Shown: positions 1 to 9,253, counted from the stretch's first letter. The stretch is DNA of 64,000 nt from Candidatus Kerfeldbacteria bacterium (GCA_903825245.1 CAIJZX010000012.1:12059-76058), one strand, 5' to 3'. Numbers and translations: made by a program. Notes: generated from the sequence alone by a model not told the origin.

Positions 1-247
1 CAATTTCGAGCGGTCCAGCACACTCAAAGTCTGGAAGATCTGGACTTATCGTGTGCCGCATCGGCCAATAACTGGCATAATCCGTCGTCAGGAGTAGCCT
101 GGACTCAGAGTTCGCCGGATAGCGTCGGGCTGAAACCAAATGCAATAACGTAATGACTCCATCCTCGACTCGGCGTACACTTCCCCGGATAATCAACTGA
201 CTCTCAAGGACTTTCTCCATCCACTCAATGTCAATTTGCTCTGGCAT
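1..247 (-). CDS. Hypothetical protein, runs off the left edge (MPEQIDIEWMEKVLESQLIIRG...)
   Basis: Not in the ORF track. ATG at 247 is preceded by GGAGG and the frame stays open to position 1. Confidence 0.6.
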   Translation of the reverse strand, partial: MPEQIDIEWMEKVLESQLIIRGSVRRVEDGVITLLHLVSARRYPANSESRLLLTTDYASYWPMRHTISPDLPDFECAGPLEI

Positions 248-405
248 TCTGCCTCCGTCACCGACCCGTTCGTGGGTAGTGAACGAACATGGTAGATACG
301 AACTCGCGGTGGGGTAAGGATTTTCACCATCGCCCTCCGGAGCGGAATGCAATCCCCTGCCTGAGAATGTGCTGGCACCCTAGCAAAGGTAAAAAATAAT
401 TGCAA

Positions 406-432
406 GAAAAAACCACCAGTTTTACCTGGTGG
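406..432 (-). terminator. Intrinsic terminator after the 422-727 gene
   Basis: Minus strand CCACCAG-GTAAAA-CTGGTGG followed by TTTTTTT. Confidence 0.7.
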
Positions 433-727
433 AGCGAACAATGACGAAAGGTCGTGGATTTCTGTCTACTTTCTGCCACAGCGAGTCAGTGGTTGGAACC
501 GTATCGAGGCAATGAACATACCCCTGAGACTTCAGTGAGTGCAGAACACGGAGTACGTTGCTTGGACTGGCGCCGATCGTACCAGCGACAGCCAACGCGG
601 AAATTCCGCTCGGCATGAGGTTGACTTGATTCAAGACATCGAATTCTTTGGGTATTCGCCGCGAATCCTGACTGGATTTATATTGTATTCCGACGAACAC
701 ATGGCTAAACATTCTTTTTTTCGCCAT
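422..727 (-). CDS. Small protein with a probable winged helix-turn-helix (IclR/MarR-like)
   Basis: AGGAGG SD. Segment GISALAVAGTIGASPSNVLRVLHSLKSQGYV fits the wHTH pattern. Confidence 0.6.
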   Translation of the reverse strand: MAKKRMFSHVFVGIQYKSSQDSRRIPKEFDVLNQVNLMPSGISALAVAGTIGASPSNVLRVLHSLKSQGYVHCLDTVPTTDSLWQKVDRNPRPFVIVRSTR

Positions 728-765
728 ACACCCTCCTGGTGAAAAAGAACAAAAAGTAGAATCGA

Positions 766-794
766 AGCGTATCGAAACAATGGTTTGCTGTCAA
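766..794 (-). promoter_or_regulatory. Sigma70-type promoter for the 422-727 gene
   Basis: TTGACA-17 bp-TACGCT on the minus strand. Confidence 0.6.
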
Positions 795-840
795 TCTGGA
801 TTTAGCAATAACGGCACTGGCCTTTGGTCAGTCCTTTCAG

Positions 841-1290
841 TTACACCGAGCCGTACCGCAATCCGCGACGAATATTGTTTTCTTCAAACTCTTTAATGCC
901 GAAGAGTTTTCCAAAGTATTTCCGGCACGTCTTGACGTCAATCGTCCCCTGGCAGGTGTAGACATCAATCGTAATGAACTGCTTCTCGGGAAACGTATGA
1001 ATGGCAATATGGCTCTCGGCGATCATCACAAAACCGGAAAAACCGCCGGCATCTTTCTTGTCGTTGCCATCGAATCGAATAACATAGGGCGTAATAATCT
1101 TCTTCATACCCAAAATCTCCGGCAGATCATTGAGTGCCCGAAATACCGTCTCCATACTGTTCAGCGCTGTTGTGCTTGCACCATACCCATCAAGGGTCCA
1201 ATGACTACCGAACAACGGCTCGCTCGATTTGTACGTTTGTTTGAGCGACAGTGTTTTCTGTCGCGACTGGCGGGAGGCTACTTTGGCCAT
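841..1290 (-). CDS. speD: Pyruvoyl-dependent S-adenosylmethionine decarboxylase family proenzyme
   Basis: SGFVMIAESHIAIHTFPE...IDVYTC with the E|SH autocleavage site. Substrate not certain. Confidence 0.85.
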   Translation of the reverse strand: MAKVASRQSRQKTLSLKQTYKSSEPLFGSHWTLDGYGASTTALNSMETVFRALNDLPEILGMKKIITPYVIRFDGNDKKDAGGFSGFVMIAESHIAIHTFPEKQFITIDVYTCQGTIDVKTCRKYFGKLFGIKEFEENNIRRGLRYGSV

Positions 1291-1298
1291 CTCGTCGT

Positions 1299-1423
1299 CC
1301 CCTTTCGTACCGTAGGCTCACGGTTCCGCTGATCGCAGAATCGGATTCGGGGCCTCACATGAACGCATAGCGTGTCACGTGATTAGCACTTACCGAGAAA
1401 GCCGAATCCTAGGTACGAGAAAA
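1299..1423 (-). promoter_or_regulatory. Structured 5' leader RNA (riboswitch candidate) of the speD-like gene
   Basis: Four helices with G-U pairs on the minus strand. The closing helix abuts the AAGGGG SD. Confidence 0.6.
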
Positions 1424-1478
1424 TTTATTAGAAGATAAGTATACAAGTATGACCACAGAACACAAGACTGTGGATAAA

Positions 1479-1808
1479 CTATTTTCCGATCTTTTGCCGT
1501 CGAACAGCTTTCGACTTTCGAATTTCTTTCTGCTTGATAAGCTGGCGTTCAAGTTTCGGATAGACGAGGTCGATCGCTTCTTCCATGTGTTCAGCCTTCA
1601 AACCGGCTTCGATAGTCTTGCTTGGTAGGTACACCCACACTTCCACCCGGAACTTCTTCCCTTTAGTGACATTGTGGTCGACGTCAAGCTCAACGCCGAT
1701 GCGCGTTACATCCGGATTGAACTTTCCGAGTTTGGTAAATTTCTCAGTTACGTACTGCTTAATCGCCGGCGTGAGTTTAAAATCCTTGCCGCTGATGGTG
1801 ATAGTCAT
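1479..1808 (-). CDS. raiA: Ribosome hibernation factor RaiA/HPF
   Basis: ITISGKDFKLTPAIKQYVTEKFTKL...MEEAIDLVYPKLERQL. Confidence 0.9.
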   Translation of the reverse strand: MTITISGKDFKLTPAIKQYVTEKFTKLGKFNPDVTRIGVELDVDHNVTKGKKFRVEVWVYLPSKTIEAGLKAEHMEEAIDLVYPKLERQLIKQKEIRKSKAVRRQKIGK

Positions 1809-2434
1809 ATTCGTGGGTGTTTAGTTTTTTCAACGATAAAGCTAAGCCAAATATTATGTTGCTCTTTTTTCCTGAATGTTTCATGAATTATTAGTCCCGC
1901 TGAACGAAGCATTTGGGAAAAATCTATTTTTGTATAATAAGCAAAATATCTATCGACACCGCCATATTTTTCTTGACGAATCATCGCTTCGTCAACCGCT
2001 TGTTTTTCCTTAATACTGATGGCCATGACGCCGCCTGGCACGAGTAATCGCTGTAACGAACGTAAAACCTTAGGCAAGCGTCGTTTCGGAACATGCAGAA
2101 GTGTGGCCATCGTCCATATGCCGTCAAAACTACGTGGAGGAAATTTCATCTTATATAAATCCATTTGACGAAATGTCAGCGCGGGTTCGTATTTTTTTGC
2201 TACCCGTAACAATCCACGTGACGCGTCGATGCCTAGGTAATCAAAACCAAACTTCCGCATTTCTGTTGAGTCGCGGCCGGCACCGCAACCGACTTCAAGA
2301 ATGCGCTGTCCCGTCAGGCGACGTCGAAAAGCTTGCAGTTCACGCCGCCAGAAATATGCTGTTCGATTACGCTGGTTATATGCCACCGCAACGCGATCGT
2401 AACTTTGTATCGTGAGTGTTGTGCGTCGATCCAT
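1805..2434 (-). CDS. Class I SAM-dependent methyltransferase
   Basis: ILEVGCGAGRD motif I, FDGIW, LLHVP. Confidence 0.85.
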   Translation of the reverse strand: MDRRTTLTIQSYDRVAVAYNQRNRTAYFWRRELQAFRRRLTGQRILEVGCGAGRDSTEMRKFGFDYLGIDASRGLLRVAKKYEPALTFRQMDLYKMKFPPRSFDGIWTMATLLHVPKRRLPKVLRSLQRLLVPGGVMAISIKEKQAVDEAMIRQEKYGGVDRYFAYYTKIDFSQMLRSAGLIIHETFRKKEQHNIWLSFIVEKTKHPRI

Positions 2435-2435
2435 A

Positions 2436-3365
2436 TCAGAACCCTAAATATTGGATTTCTTCATGAAGTTGTATCCCAAGCTCATCGCGCACCTTTTGCT
2501 TAATGAGACTGAGCAATTGCATCACCTGATCAGCCGTCCCTTGCCCGCGGTTAATCATAAAATTGGCGTGAACATCGGAAATTTGAATATCACCGAGTTG
2601 GAAACCTTTCAATCCGACTTCCTCGATCACGCGCCAGGCAGAAATCGTTCCTTTTGCATCTACATATTGTTTCAACGACTCCGGTACTTTCGCCAAATCA
2701 GCAGTCGGGTTCGTAAACATACAGCCAGCGGTTTTCGCTGTTGTCGGTTGGTTCGTGTTTTTTTGCTTCGTTGTTTCAGCCAGCAACGTTCGTTCTTCAG
2801 CCGGATCGACTTTAGGAAAAATAAATTCCGCTTGAACAATACTCCATTCCGGATGGTGCTTAAAAATACTCGTGCGATAGGCAAACGCGCAATCTTCTTT
2901 CGTCAAACGCTTGTTTGTCCCGTCAGGTACACACACATCCACCCATACCACCTGATCACCAAGCCCCCAACCGTGTCCACCGGCATTGCCATACAATGAA
3001 CCACCGACTTTTCCGGGCACGCCAATCAACCACTGCATGCCACCGAAACCGTGCTGGAGCGCCGAAGCAATCAGTTGACCATTCTGCACTCCCGCGCCGA
3101 CGACAACATGATCTCCATTCCACTGAGCTTGATCATTTTCCGGATGAATGATCAGGCCGTTAAAGCCGTTATCGGAAACGAGCAAATTTGCACCACGACC
3201 AATCAAACGGTACGGAAGTTTTTCCTGATTCGCCCAAGCAACAGCTTCTTGCAATTCTGCGATTGTTTTTGCCGCGACAAAATACTTTGCCGGACCGCCA
3301 ATTTTCAGCGTCGTATACGGTGCTAACGGAATATTTTCTTGAATTGTGGGTGGTTTATTGACCAT
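2436..3365 (-). CDS. murB: UDP-N-acetylenolpyruvoylglucosamine reductase
   Basis: TTLKIGGPA, GRGANLL, GNAG, FAYRTS, HANF. Start placed at MVNK. Confidence 0.95.
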   Translation of the reverse strand: MVNKPPTIQENIPLAPYTTLKIGGPAKYFVAAKTIAELQEAVAWANQEKLPYRLIGRGANLLVSDNGFNGLIIHPENDQAQWNGDHVVVGAGVQNGQLIASALQHGFGGMQWLIGVPGKVGGSLYGNAGGHGWGLGDQVVWVDVCVPDGTNKRLTKEDCAFAYRTSIFKHHPEWSIVQAEFIFPKVDPAEERTLLAETTKQKNTNQPTTAKTAGCMFTNPTADLAKVPESLKQYVDAKGTISAWRVIEEVGLKGFQLGDIQISDVHANFMINRGQGTADQVMQLLSLIKQKVRDELGIQLHEEIQYLGF

Positions 3366-4743
3366 ATGTTTTCGCCAATTGTTCAGCGGTATGCCAAATA
3401 TTTCCTGCACCCATAATAATCACAACATCACCAGGATGAAGCACCTTTTGAAGATCCTGCCGCACATTGTTAACGTTCGCGATATATGTCGCGTTGATAT
3501 TTTTCGATACGATCGCCGCCACGAGTTGCTGGCTGGTTTTTGATTCCGCTTCCGGTACATCGCGACCGGGTACTGAATATGTCTCTACAATATATGCAAC
3601 ATCAGCCGCCGCGAAGCAGGTGGTAAAATCATCGAATAACGACGTTAATCGCGATCGGTGGTGCGGCTGAAAAACAGCAATTATTCTTCGACCGGGATAA
3701 AACGATTTCGCGCCCTCAAGCGTGACGCGTACAGCGGTCGGATGATGGGCGTAATCGCTGACAATCGTAATCGGCGCTGATGGCGTTAAGATTTGGAACC
3801 GGCGCCACACACCGTGAAACGCGGCAATTGTTTTTTGAAACGTTGCAGTATCGGCGCCACTGACTAACGCCGCCGCCATCGCCGCTAGCGTGTTCATAAT
3901 ATTAAACTCACCGGGTAAATGCAGTGTGAATCGTCCGAGCGACTTCCCCTTCCACACACATTCCCAGGATTGCTCGCCTGACGATTGTTGCATATTCGTA
4001 GCACGAAGATCGGCGTTCTCAGAAAATCCAAACGTAACAACACGGCCACACGATTTTGCTAGTTGCATGACTATTTCATCATCTGCATTCGCAACGAGCG
4101 TGCCGTCCGCGGGGAGCAGAGCAATGTACTTAGCAAAACTTTCCACCATTTTTTCGTGCGTCCCGAAATAATCAAGGTGATCATCTTCGATATTCGTCAG
4201 CACCGCAATCGTCGGACGATAGTTGAGAAAATGATCGTGGTACTCATCGGCTTCAGCGATAAAGATGTTACTTTTTCCTAAACGAAGATTGCCCTGGAAT
4301 TCAATTACTCGGCTCCCTACAAACACTGTCGGATCATTTTCAGCTTCGGTAAGCAGTATTCCAGCCAATGCTGATGTCGTACTTTTACCATTCGTACCGG
4401 CGATGCAAATTCGAATCGCCTGTTCACGCATTAATCGTCCTAGTGTTTTCGAAAAGTTTTCAATCGGTATACCAAGATGTTGAGCCGCCAAGAGCTGTGG
4501 ATGGTCTTTGGGTCGATCATCAGTCGTGACAACAAGATCAATATCCGCTGTAATATCTTCCACTTTTTCCTCCGCATGGTACACCGCTCCGCTCTTAACC
4601 ACGCTCTCTATCATCGCTGTCATGTTTGGTTCTGAGCCACTTACTTGAACGCCGCGCGCGAGCAAAAGTTTTGCCACTGCCGAAACACCAACTCCGCCGA
4701 GTCCAATGCAATATACTTTTTTTTCGGTAATTCCAGTGTTCAT
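3355..4743 (-). CDS. murC: UDP-N-acetylmuramate--L-alanine ligase
   Basis: IGLGGVGVSAVA, GTNGKSTT, EADE, DHLD, DYAHHP, FQPH. Confidence 0.95.
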   Translation of the reverse strand: MNTGITEKKVYCIGLGGVGVSAVAKLLLARGVQVSGSEPNMTAMIESVVKSGAVYHAEEKVEDITADIDLVVTTDDRPKDHPQLLAAQHLGIPIENFSKTLGRLMREQAIRICIAGTNGKSTTSALAGILLTEAENDPTVFVGSRVIEFQGNLRLGKSNIFIAEADEYHDHFLNYRPTIAVLTNIEDDHLDYFGTHEKMVESFAKYIALLPADGTLVANADDEIVMQLAKSCGRVVTFGFSENADLRATNMQQSSGEQSWECVWKGKSLGRFTLHLPGEFNIMNTLAAMAAALVSGADTATFQKTIAAFHGVWRRFQILTPSAPITIVSDYAHHPTAVRVTLEGAKSFYPGRRIIAVFQPHHRSRLTSLFDDFTTCFAAADVAYIVETYSVPGRDVPEAESKTSQQLVAAIVSKNINATYIANVNNVRQDLQKVLHPGDVVIIMGAGNIWHTAEQLAKTYGQ

Positions 4744-5813
4744 AAACCGAGGAGATGAAAGACGTGATCAACGAGTTGCGGTAATGCTTCCGGATTATAG
4801 AACTGTCGGAGATTATTGCCTAGACGGAGCCGTTCTTCCGGTTTCTGGTATAGCTGTTCAAGCGCTGATTCTATTTCCTGTTCAAGGTGGCCGCTGTTTT
4901 GATGCAGAACGATGGCTGCTGAAGCTTTCGCCACGACTGCCGTATTTTCCTCTTGATGCGAATTTGGCATAGGAATAAACACTGTCGCTTTTCCGAGCGC
5001 CGCTAACTCACTGACCGCGCCCAATCCGGCACGCGAGATAACGACGTCTGCCGCAGCCAAGGCGTGCGGCAATTGCCAGGTTAAAAAAGGAAAACGTTGA
5101 TAGTGTGGATCATGTAATTCGACAAAATCGCGTTCGGGCCCGGTCACGTGCAGTATTGACCATTGGCGAACTAAACGAAACGCCATCGTCCCGACCAAGG
5201 TATTTACTGCCGCCGAACCAGTACCGCCGCCGATGACTAACAACACTGGTGCACTCTCCGAAAGATGAAAGATTTTCCGTCCCTGCGCTGCGCTACCAGC
5301 CAGCACTTCCGGCCGAACAGGATTACCGGTCCAAAAAACTTTATGCGCAGGAAAAGCTGAAGCTGAACTTTTAAAGGCCACGGTAATGACCGACGCCGCG
5401 GGAGCCATCAGTCGATTCGCTAACCCCGGACGCACGTCTTGCTGGTGCACCAATGTTCGGATAGCCTGACGTTTCGCTGCCCAGATAACCGGTACGGAAA
5501 TAAATGAACCAGCGGTAATGACAACCTGAGGCTTCCAACGACGGAGAATTTTTGCCGCTTGGGTATACCCACGAATAATATAGTGAATATCTTTGATATT
5601 CGCTAATGACCAATATCGTCGCAATTTACCGCCGGCAATACTCTCAAAGGGAATGTCCGCCGCTTTCGCTAGCACACGCTCCGGACCATTGGCGGATCCC
5701 AGAAATAAAAATTCGACGTCCGTTCGCTGCCGACGAATTTGTTGGACGATGGCAATCAGCGGCGTGACGGATCCCGCCGTGCCGCCGCCAGTAACAACGA
5801 TACGATAGGTCAT
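4740..5813 (-). CDS. murG: Lipid II N-acetylglucosaminyltransferase
   Basis: TGGGTAG, GKLRRY, TGNPVR, GGGTGS, SRAG, HQEEN. Confidence 0.95.
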   Translation of the reverse strand: MTYRIVVTGGGTAGSVTPLIAIVQQIRRQRTDVEFLFLGSANGPERVLAKAADIPFESIAGGKLRRYWSLANIKDIHYIIRGYTQAAKILRRWKPQVVITAGSFISVPVIWAAKRQAIRTLVHQQDVRPGLANRLMAPAASVITVAFKSSASAFPAHKVFWTGNPVRPEVLAGSAAQGRKIFHLSESAPVLLVIGGGTGSAAVNTLVGTMAFRLVRQWSILHVTGPERDFVELHDPHYQRFPFLTWQLPHALAAADVVISRAGLGAVSELAALGKATVFIPMPNSHQEENTAVVAKASAAIVLHQNSGHLEQEIESALEQLYQKPEERLRLGNNLRQFYNPEALPQLVDHVFHLLGL

Positions 5814-6928
5814 ATTCTTTTCGTGCTCCGAACGGTTTGCCGAGAAATATTCATAATCACCCCAACCGCGGCCAACGAAATAATCAGCGCTGATCCACCC
5901 TGACTCATGAACGGTAACGGAATACCCGTGAGCGGCATCAAGCCACTCAGCGCGGCGATATTCAAAAACGCCTGGAGTCCCAGCCAAACAGTTATTCCGA
6001 TGGCCAATAATCGCCCAAATTGATCTGGCGCGTTGCGAGCAATACGTAATCCGCGAAAAATCAGGAAGAGCCAAATACAAATGAACAAGACGGCAAAGAG
6101 AAATCCTAATTCTTCAGCGGTCACGGCAAAAATTGAATCGCCGGCTGGCTCCGGAAGATAATTAAATTTCTGACGCGAGTGGCCTAAACCCAATCCAAAC
6201 CAACCACCTGAGCCAATCGCCAGTAAGGCTTGGCTAATATGGTACCCGCTTCCCTGGGGGTCAATACTCGGATTGAGAAAAACCGTCAACCGTTGCGCGC
6301 GATACGGAGAAACTTTTACCGCTAAGAGTAACAACGCCACGCCACCAGTTGCCACCCACGAAAGATATTTTATGGATCCGCCAGCAGTAAAGTACACTGA
6401 CACCGACATCAAAACAATAATGATTGTTGTTCCTAAATCAGGTTGTAAGAGTACCAATCCAGCCACCACTCCCAGAGTCATCAGGAATGGGACTAATCCT
6501 TCGCGCGCGCTTCCCATTAAATGGTTCCGGCGCTCAAACCAGGCGGCCAAGTAAAAGAGAAATGTGAGCTTCGCTAACTCACTGGGCTGAAAGAGCGTCA
6601 CTCCCAGGTTAATCCAGCGATGTGCGCCGAGTAGTGATGAGCCAATGCCGGGAATAAAAACCGCTAACAGCAAAACAATTGTGCCAATCATCATGTGGAC
6701 TGTCCACTTTTTCCAACGCTGGTAATCGATGCTATAGGTGACCGCAAAAAAAACTAAGCCCACCAGTAAACTTATCGCTTGCTTTTTCAAGAAGTAATTA
6801 CTATCGCCAAAGTGTTGAAATCCCAACACCGATCCAGCGCTCGAGAGCATTACCAACCCAAAAACAATCAAGATGGCAATCAAACTGAGGTAGACGTAAT
6901 CCGGTTGATGGTGATGCGATGAGCTCAT
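5810..6928 (-). CDS. ftsW: SEDS peptidoglycan polymerase FtsW
   Basis: GAHRWI, FQPSELAK, QPDLGT, GSGGWFG, LPFMSQGGS. Sits between murD and murG. Confidence 0.93.
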   Translation of the reverse strand: MSSSHHHQPDYVYLSLIAILIVFGLVMLSSAGSVLGFQHFGDSNYFLKKQAISLLVGLVFFAVTYSIDYQRWKKWTVHMMIGTIVLLLAVFIPGIGSSLLGAHRWINLGVTLFQPSELAKLTFLFYLAAWFERRNHLMGSAREGLVPFLMTLGVVAGLVLLQPDLGTTIIIVLMSVSVYFTAGGSIKYLSWVATGGVALLLLAVKVSPYRAQRLTVFLNPSIDPQGSGYHISQALLAIGSGGWFGLGLGHSRQKFNYLPEPAGDSIFAVTAEELGFLFAVLFICIWLFLIFRGLRIARNAPDQFGRLLAIGITVWLGLQAFLNIAALSGLMPLTGIPLPFMSQGGSALIISLAAVGVIMNISRQTVRSTKRI

Positions 6929-8322
6929 GGAAGTGCCTTGATGCATTTGACAAATTGCTCACCGCGATCGAATTCGTGAATGAAGAGTCCGAAACTCGCC
7001 GCGCCCGGTGACAACACAATCGGCTGACCGGGTAGTGTAATAGCAATCGCCGCTGCTACCGCTGACGCCATCGACAAAACTCTGGGGAGTGGTCTCCGAT
7101 ATTGGAACCGCTGTAAAGCAACCATGAGCTTTTCTGTCGCTGTACCAGGCAGAACAACAATTTGAACATTACGACGGACAATATCACGCGCCAATGGCTC
7201 CATGTCGAGCGCTTTATCTGTGCCGCCAACGATGAACACACCATTCGGAAAAACCGCTAACGCCGCCTGCGTGCCGTCCGGCGACGTAGCCGCTGTATCG
7301 TTGATGCATTGATGGCCGCGATATATTTGTACGCATTCTTGCCGATGCGGCACGCCGTTAAACGATCGCACTGCCTGGGTAATCTTCGCTGGCGCTATCT
7401 GCATCGCCCGCGCGCCAGCAACTGCGGCCAATAAATTCATGACATTGTGTTCGCCAGCTAAACTCCATGCCGACAACGGCACTATGTTTTTCCATTTACC
7501 GCTGACGCGCTCACGTACCCAACCGGTGCGAACGGAAATTGCGTGACCTGTTTTCGGAACATGACGACCGAACCAGAGAACATGCGCCGCCGTTTTTTTC
7601 GCCAGACGGCGACAGTACAGATCATCGTAATTCAGAACCGCGACATCGGCAATCGTTTGCCCGCCAAACATTCGATATTTCACTTGTGCGTACTCAGTCA
7701 TTGATCTGTGGCGATTCAAGTGATCAACTTTCAAGTTAGTCATAATACCAACGTGAACCGGATGACCGACCACTGGCAATCGTTCGAGTTGGTATGATGA
7801 AAGTTCTAAAACCGCAATGGTCTGCTTTGTTGTTTTCGGCAAATAGTCCAACATTGCAACCTCACGAACATTGCCACTAATAATCGAGTTTTTATTTGCG
7901 AGCTGAACGATTGATCCCAGCAACAATGTTGTTGTTGTTTTACCGCGCGTACCGGTCACACCAATAATCGTTCCCGGAAATCGCTCAACGAAAAGACTCG
8001 CTTCATTGTCGACCGACATGCCGCTTTTTTCTGCTTGAACCAACGCCGGCATCATCGGCGACACCGCCGGATTGACCACGACTCGCTCCGCCCAACGAAA
8101 ATCGGTTGCTTGGTGTGCGCCGAGGTGGTAGGTGACTGCTAAACCTTTCAGTTGATTGATAGATTCAGCTAACCGGTCACGCCCTAAAACATCGGCCACA
8201 CGGACAATCGCGCCCTGCCGTACTAGCCATTTCACCGTTGCTACTCCCCCGCCATGAACGCCGAGTCCGACAACGAGAACGCGCACACCCTTAAAATCTT
8301 GGTTGTTTTTTTTGGGCGACAT
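6925..8322 (-). CDS. murD: UDP-N-acetylmuramoyl-L-alanine--D-glutamate ligase
   Basis: GTRGKTTT, ELSSYQL, DHLNRH, LSPGAASF, RGEQF. Confidence 0.93.
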   Translation of the reverse strand: MSPKKNNQDFKGVRVLVVGLGVHGGGVATVKWLVRQGAIVRVADVLGRDRLAESINQLKGLAVTYHLGAHQATDFRWAERVVVNPAVSPMMPALVQAEKSGMSVDNEASLFVERFPGTIIGVTGTRGKTTTTLLLGSIVQLANKNSIISGNVREVAMLDYLPKTTKQTIAVLELSSYQLERLPVVGHPVHVGIMTNLKVDHLNRHRSMTEYAQVKYRMFGGQTIADVAVLNYDDLYCRRLAKKTAAHVLWFGRHVPKTGHAISVRTGWVRERVSGKWKNIVPLSAWSLAGEHNVMNLLAAVAGARAMQIAPAKITQAVRSFNGVPHRQECVQIYRGHQCINDTAATSPDGTQAALAVFPNGVFIVGGTDKALDMEPLARDIVRRNVQIVVLPGTATEKLMVALQRFQYRRPLPRVLSMASAVAAAIAITLPGQPIVLSPGAASFGLFIHEFDRGEQFVKCIKALP

Positions 8323-8433
8323 TGCTCGAACTATACCACAAAAACGACCGAAACACAACTTTCATATAAAGAAAAACCGACCCATATCATTCTCACGTTA
8401 TTTCGCAAGAATATATTGATCGGTAGGATTATC

Positions 8434-9129
8434 TCAGATATCCAACACGTATGCCGTACTGCCATGCCGGTCGAATCCGAGGAGGTAGACACCCTGAAGG
8501 TGCTGATCGTACAACGCCTTGAGGTGAAGTGTCGGGTCATCGAGAAGCTCGGCCAGAATACTGAAGAAGATGATCTTCGTCAAGTTCCGTTGCACTGCCG
8601 AACCAACGAGATCTACCTCGGAGGCATACTTCTCGATGGGCGGTATGTACCGTTTCGCCAGTACACCAAACGAGGTGTAGAATTGAACATGCAACGGCGA
8701 GTACAACGTCTCCTGGAGCGTCGCCAGAACAGTCGCCACCTGATCCTCGGGCAGGCGGGTAGCGACATCTCGCTGGAAATAATCCATCAGCGACCAACCA
8801 AGCGTACGAATACTGCCGCCCCTGGGACGCACGTTGCCCAGGAACTCTAAATCGATGACTGGTGATAGCTTGGCAAAGCTACCAATCGAACGCCAGGTCA
8901 CCGCCTGCTTCATCTCTTCGATCATCTTCGCCGGAATTCCTTCCGGACGAACCCTCAGATCGAAGGACTGGTTCGGATCGTAGAGCGGGCGCACAAGTTC
9001 AATAATCCGGTCAGCCTGCTTGGGAAATTCCTTCCGCCAAGCCTGCTGAGCGGCGGCGAAGTTTTCTGGTAGATCATCGGCGAGTGCTTTCCGGCGCGCG
9101 GTAAGCCTTTCTTCCATTTCGGTGGCCAT
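8434..9129 (-). CDS. Hypothetical protein
   Basis: 231 aa ORF with a GGAGGAG SD and its own TTGACT-17-TAACGT promoter. Confidence 0.7.
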   Translation of the reverse strand: MATEMEERLTARRKALADDLPENFAAAQQAWRKEFPKQADRIIELVRPLYDPNQSFDLRVRPEGIPAKMIEEMKQAVTWRSIGSFAKLSPVIDLEFLGNVRPRGGSIRTLGWSLMDYFQRDVATRLPEDQVATVLATLQETLYSPLHVQFYTSFGVLAKRYIPPIEKYASEVDLVGSAVQRNLTKIIFFSILAELLDDPTLHLKALYDQHLQGVYLLGFDRHGSTAYVLDI

Positions 9130-9253
9130 TTTACTCCTCCATGGTTGTACAGAAACACAAATTGTGAAAGAAAACCTGGCGGGACGTTATCAAATCAACT
9201 TAAAAAAGTCAAGACTCTTCATTTGTAATATCTTGCTCATTGTATGACTTATT

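Noticed and set aside
321-336. GGCGATGGTG resembling the fluoride riboswitch start
   Set aside because: The following UUCGCC pairing and the downstream pseudoknot elements are absent.
1296-1308. CGAAAGGGGA resembling the 3' end of the SAM-III (SMK) riboswitch
   Set aside because: The other SMK core sequences are not present. It is kept only as part of the unclassified leader.
1469-1477. Perfect DnaA box (TTATCCACA on the minus strand)
   Set aside because: Single copy with no cluster or unwinding element, so not evidence for oriC. It could at most be a regulatory site.
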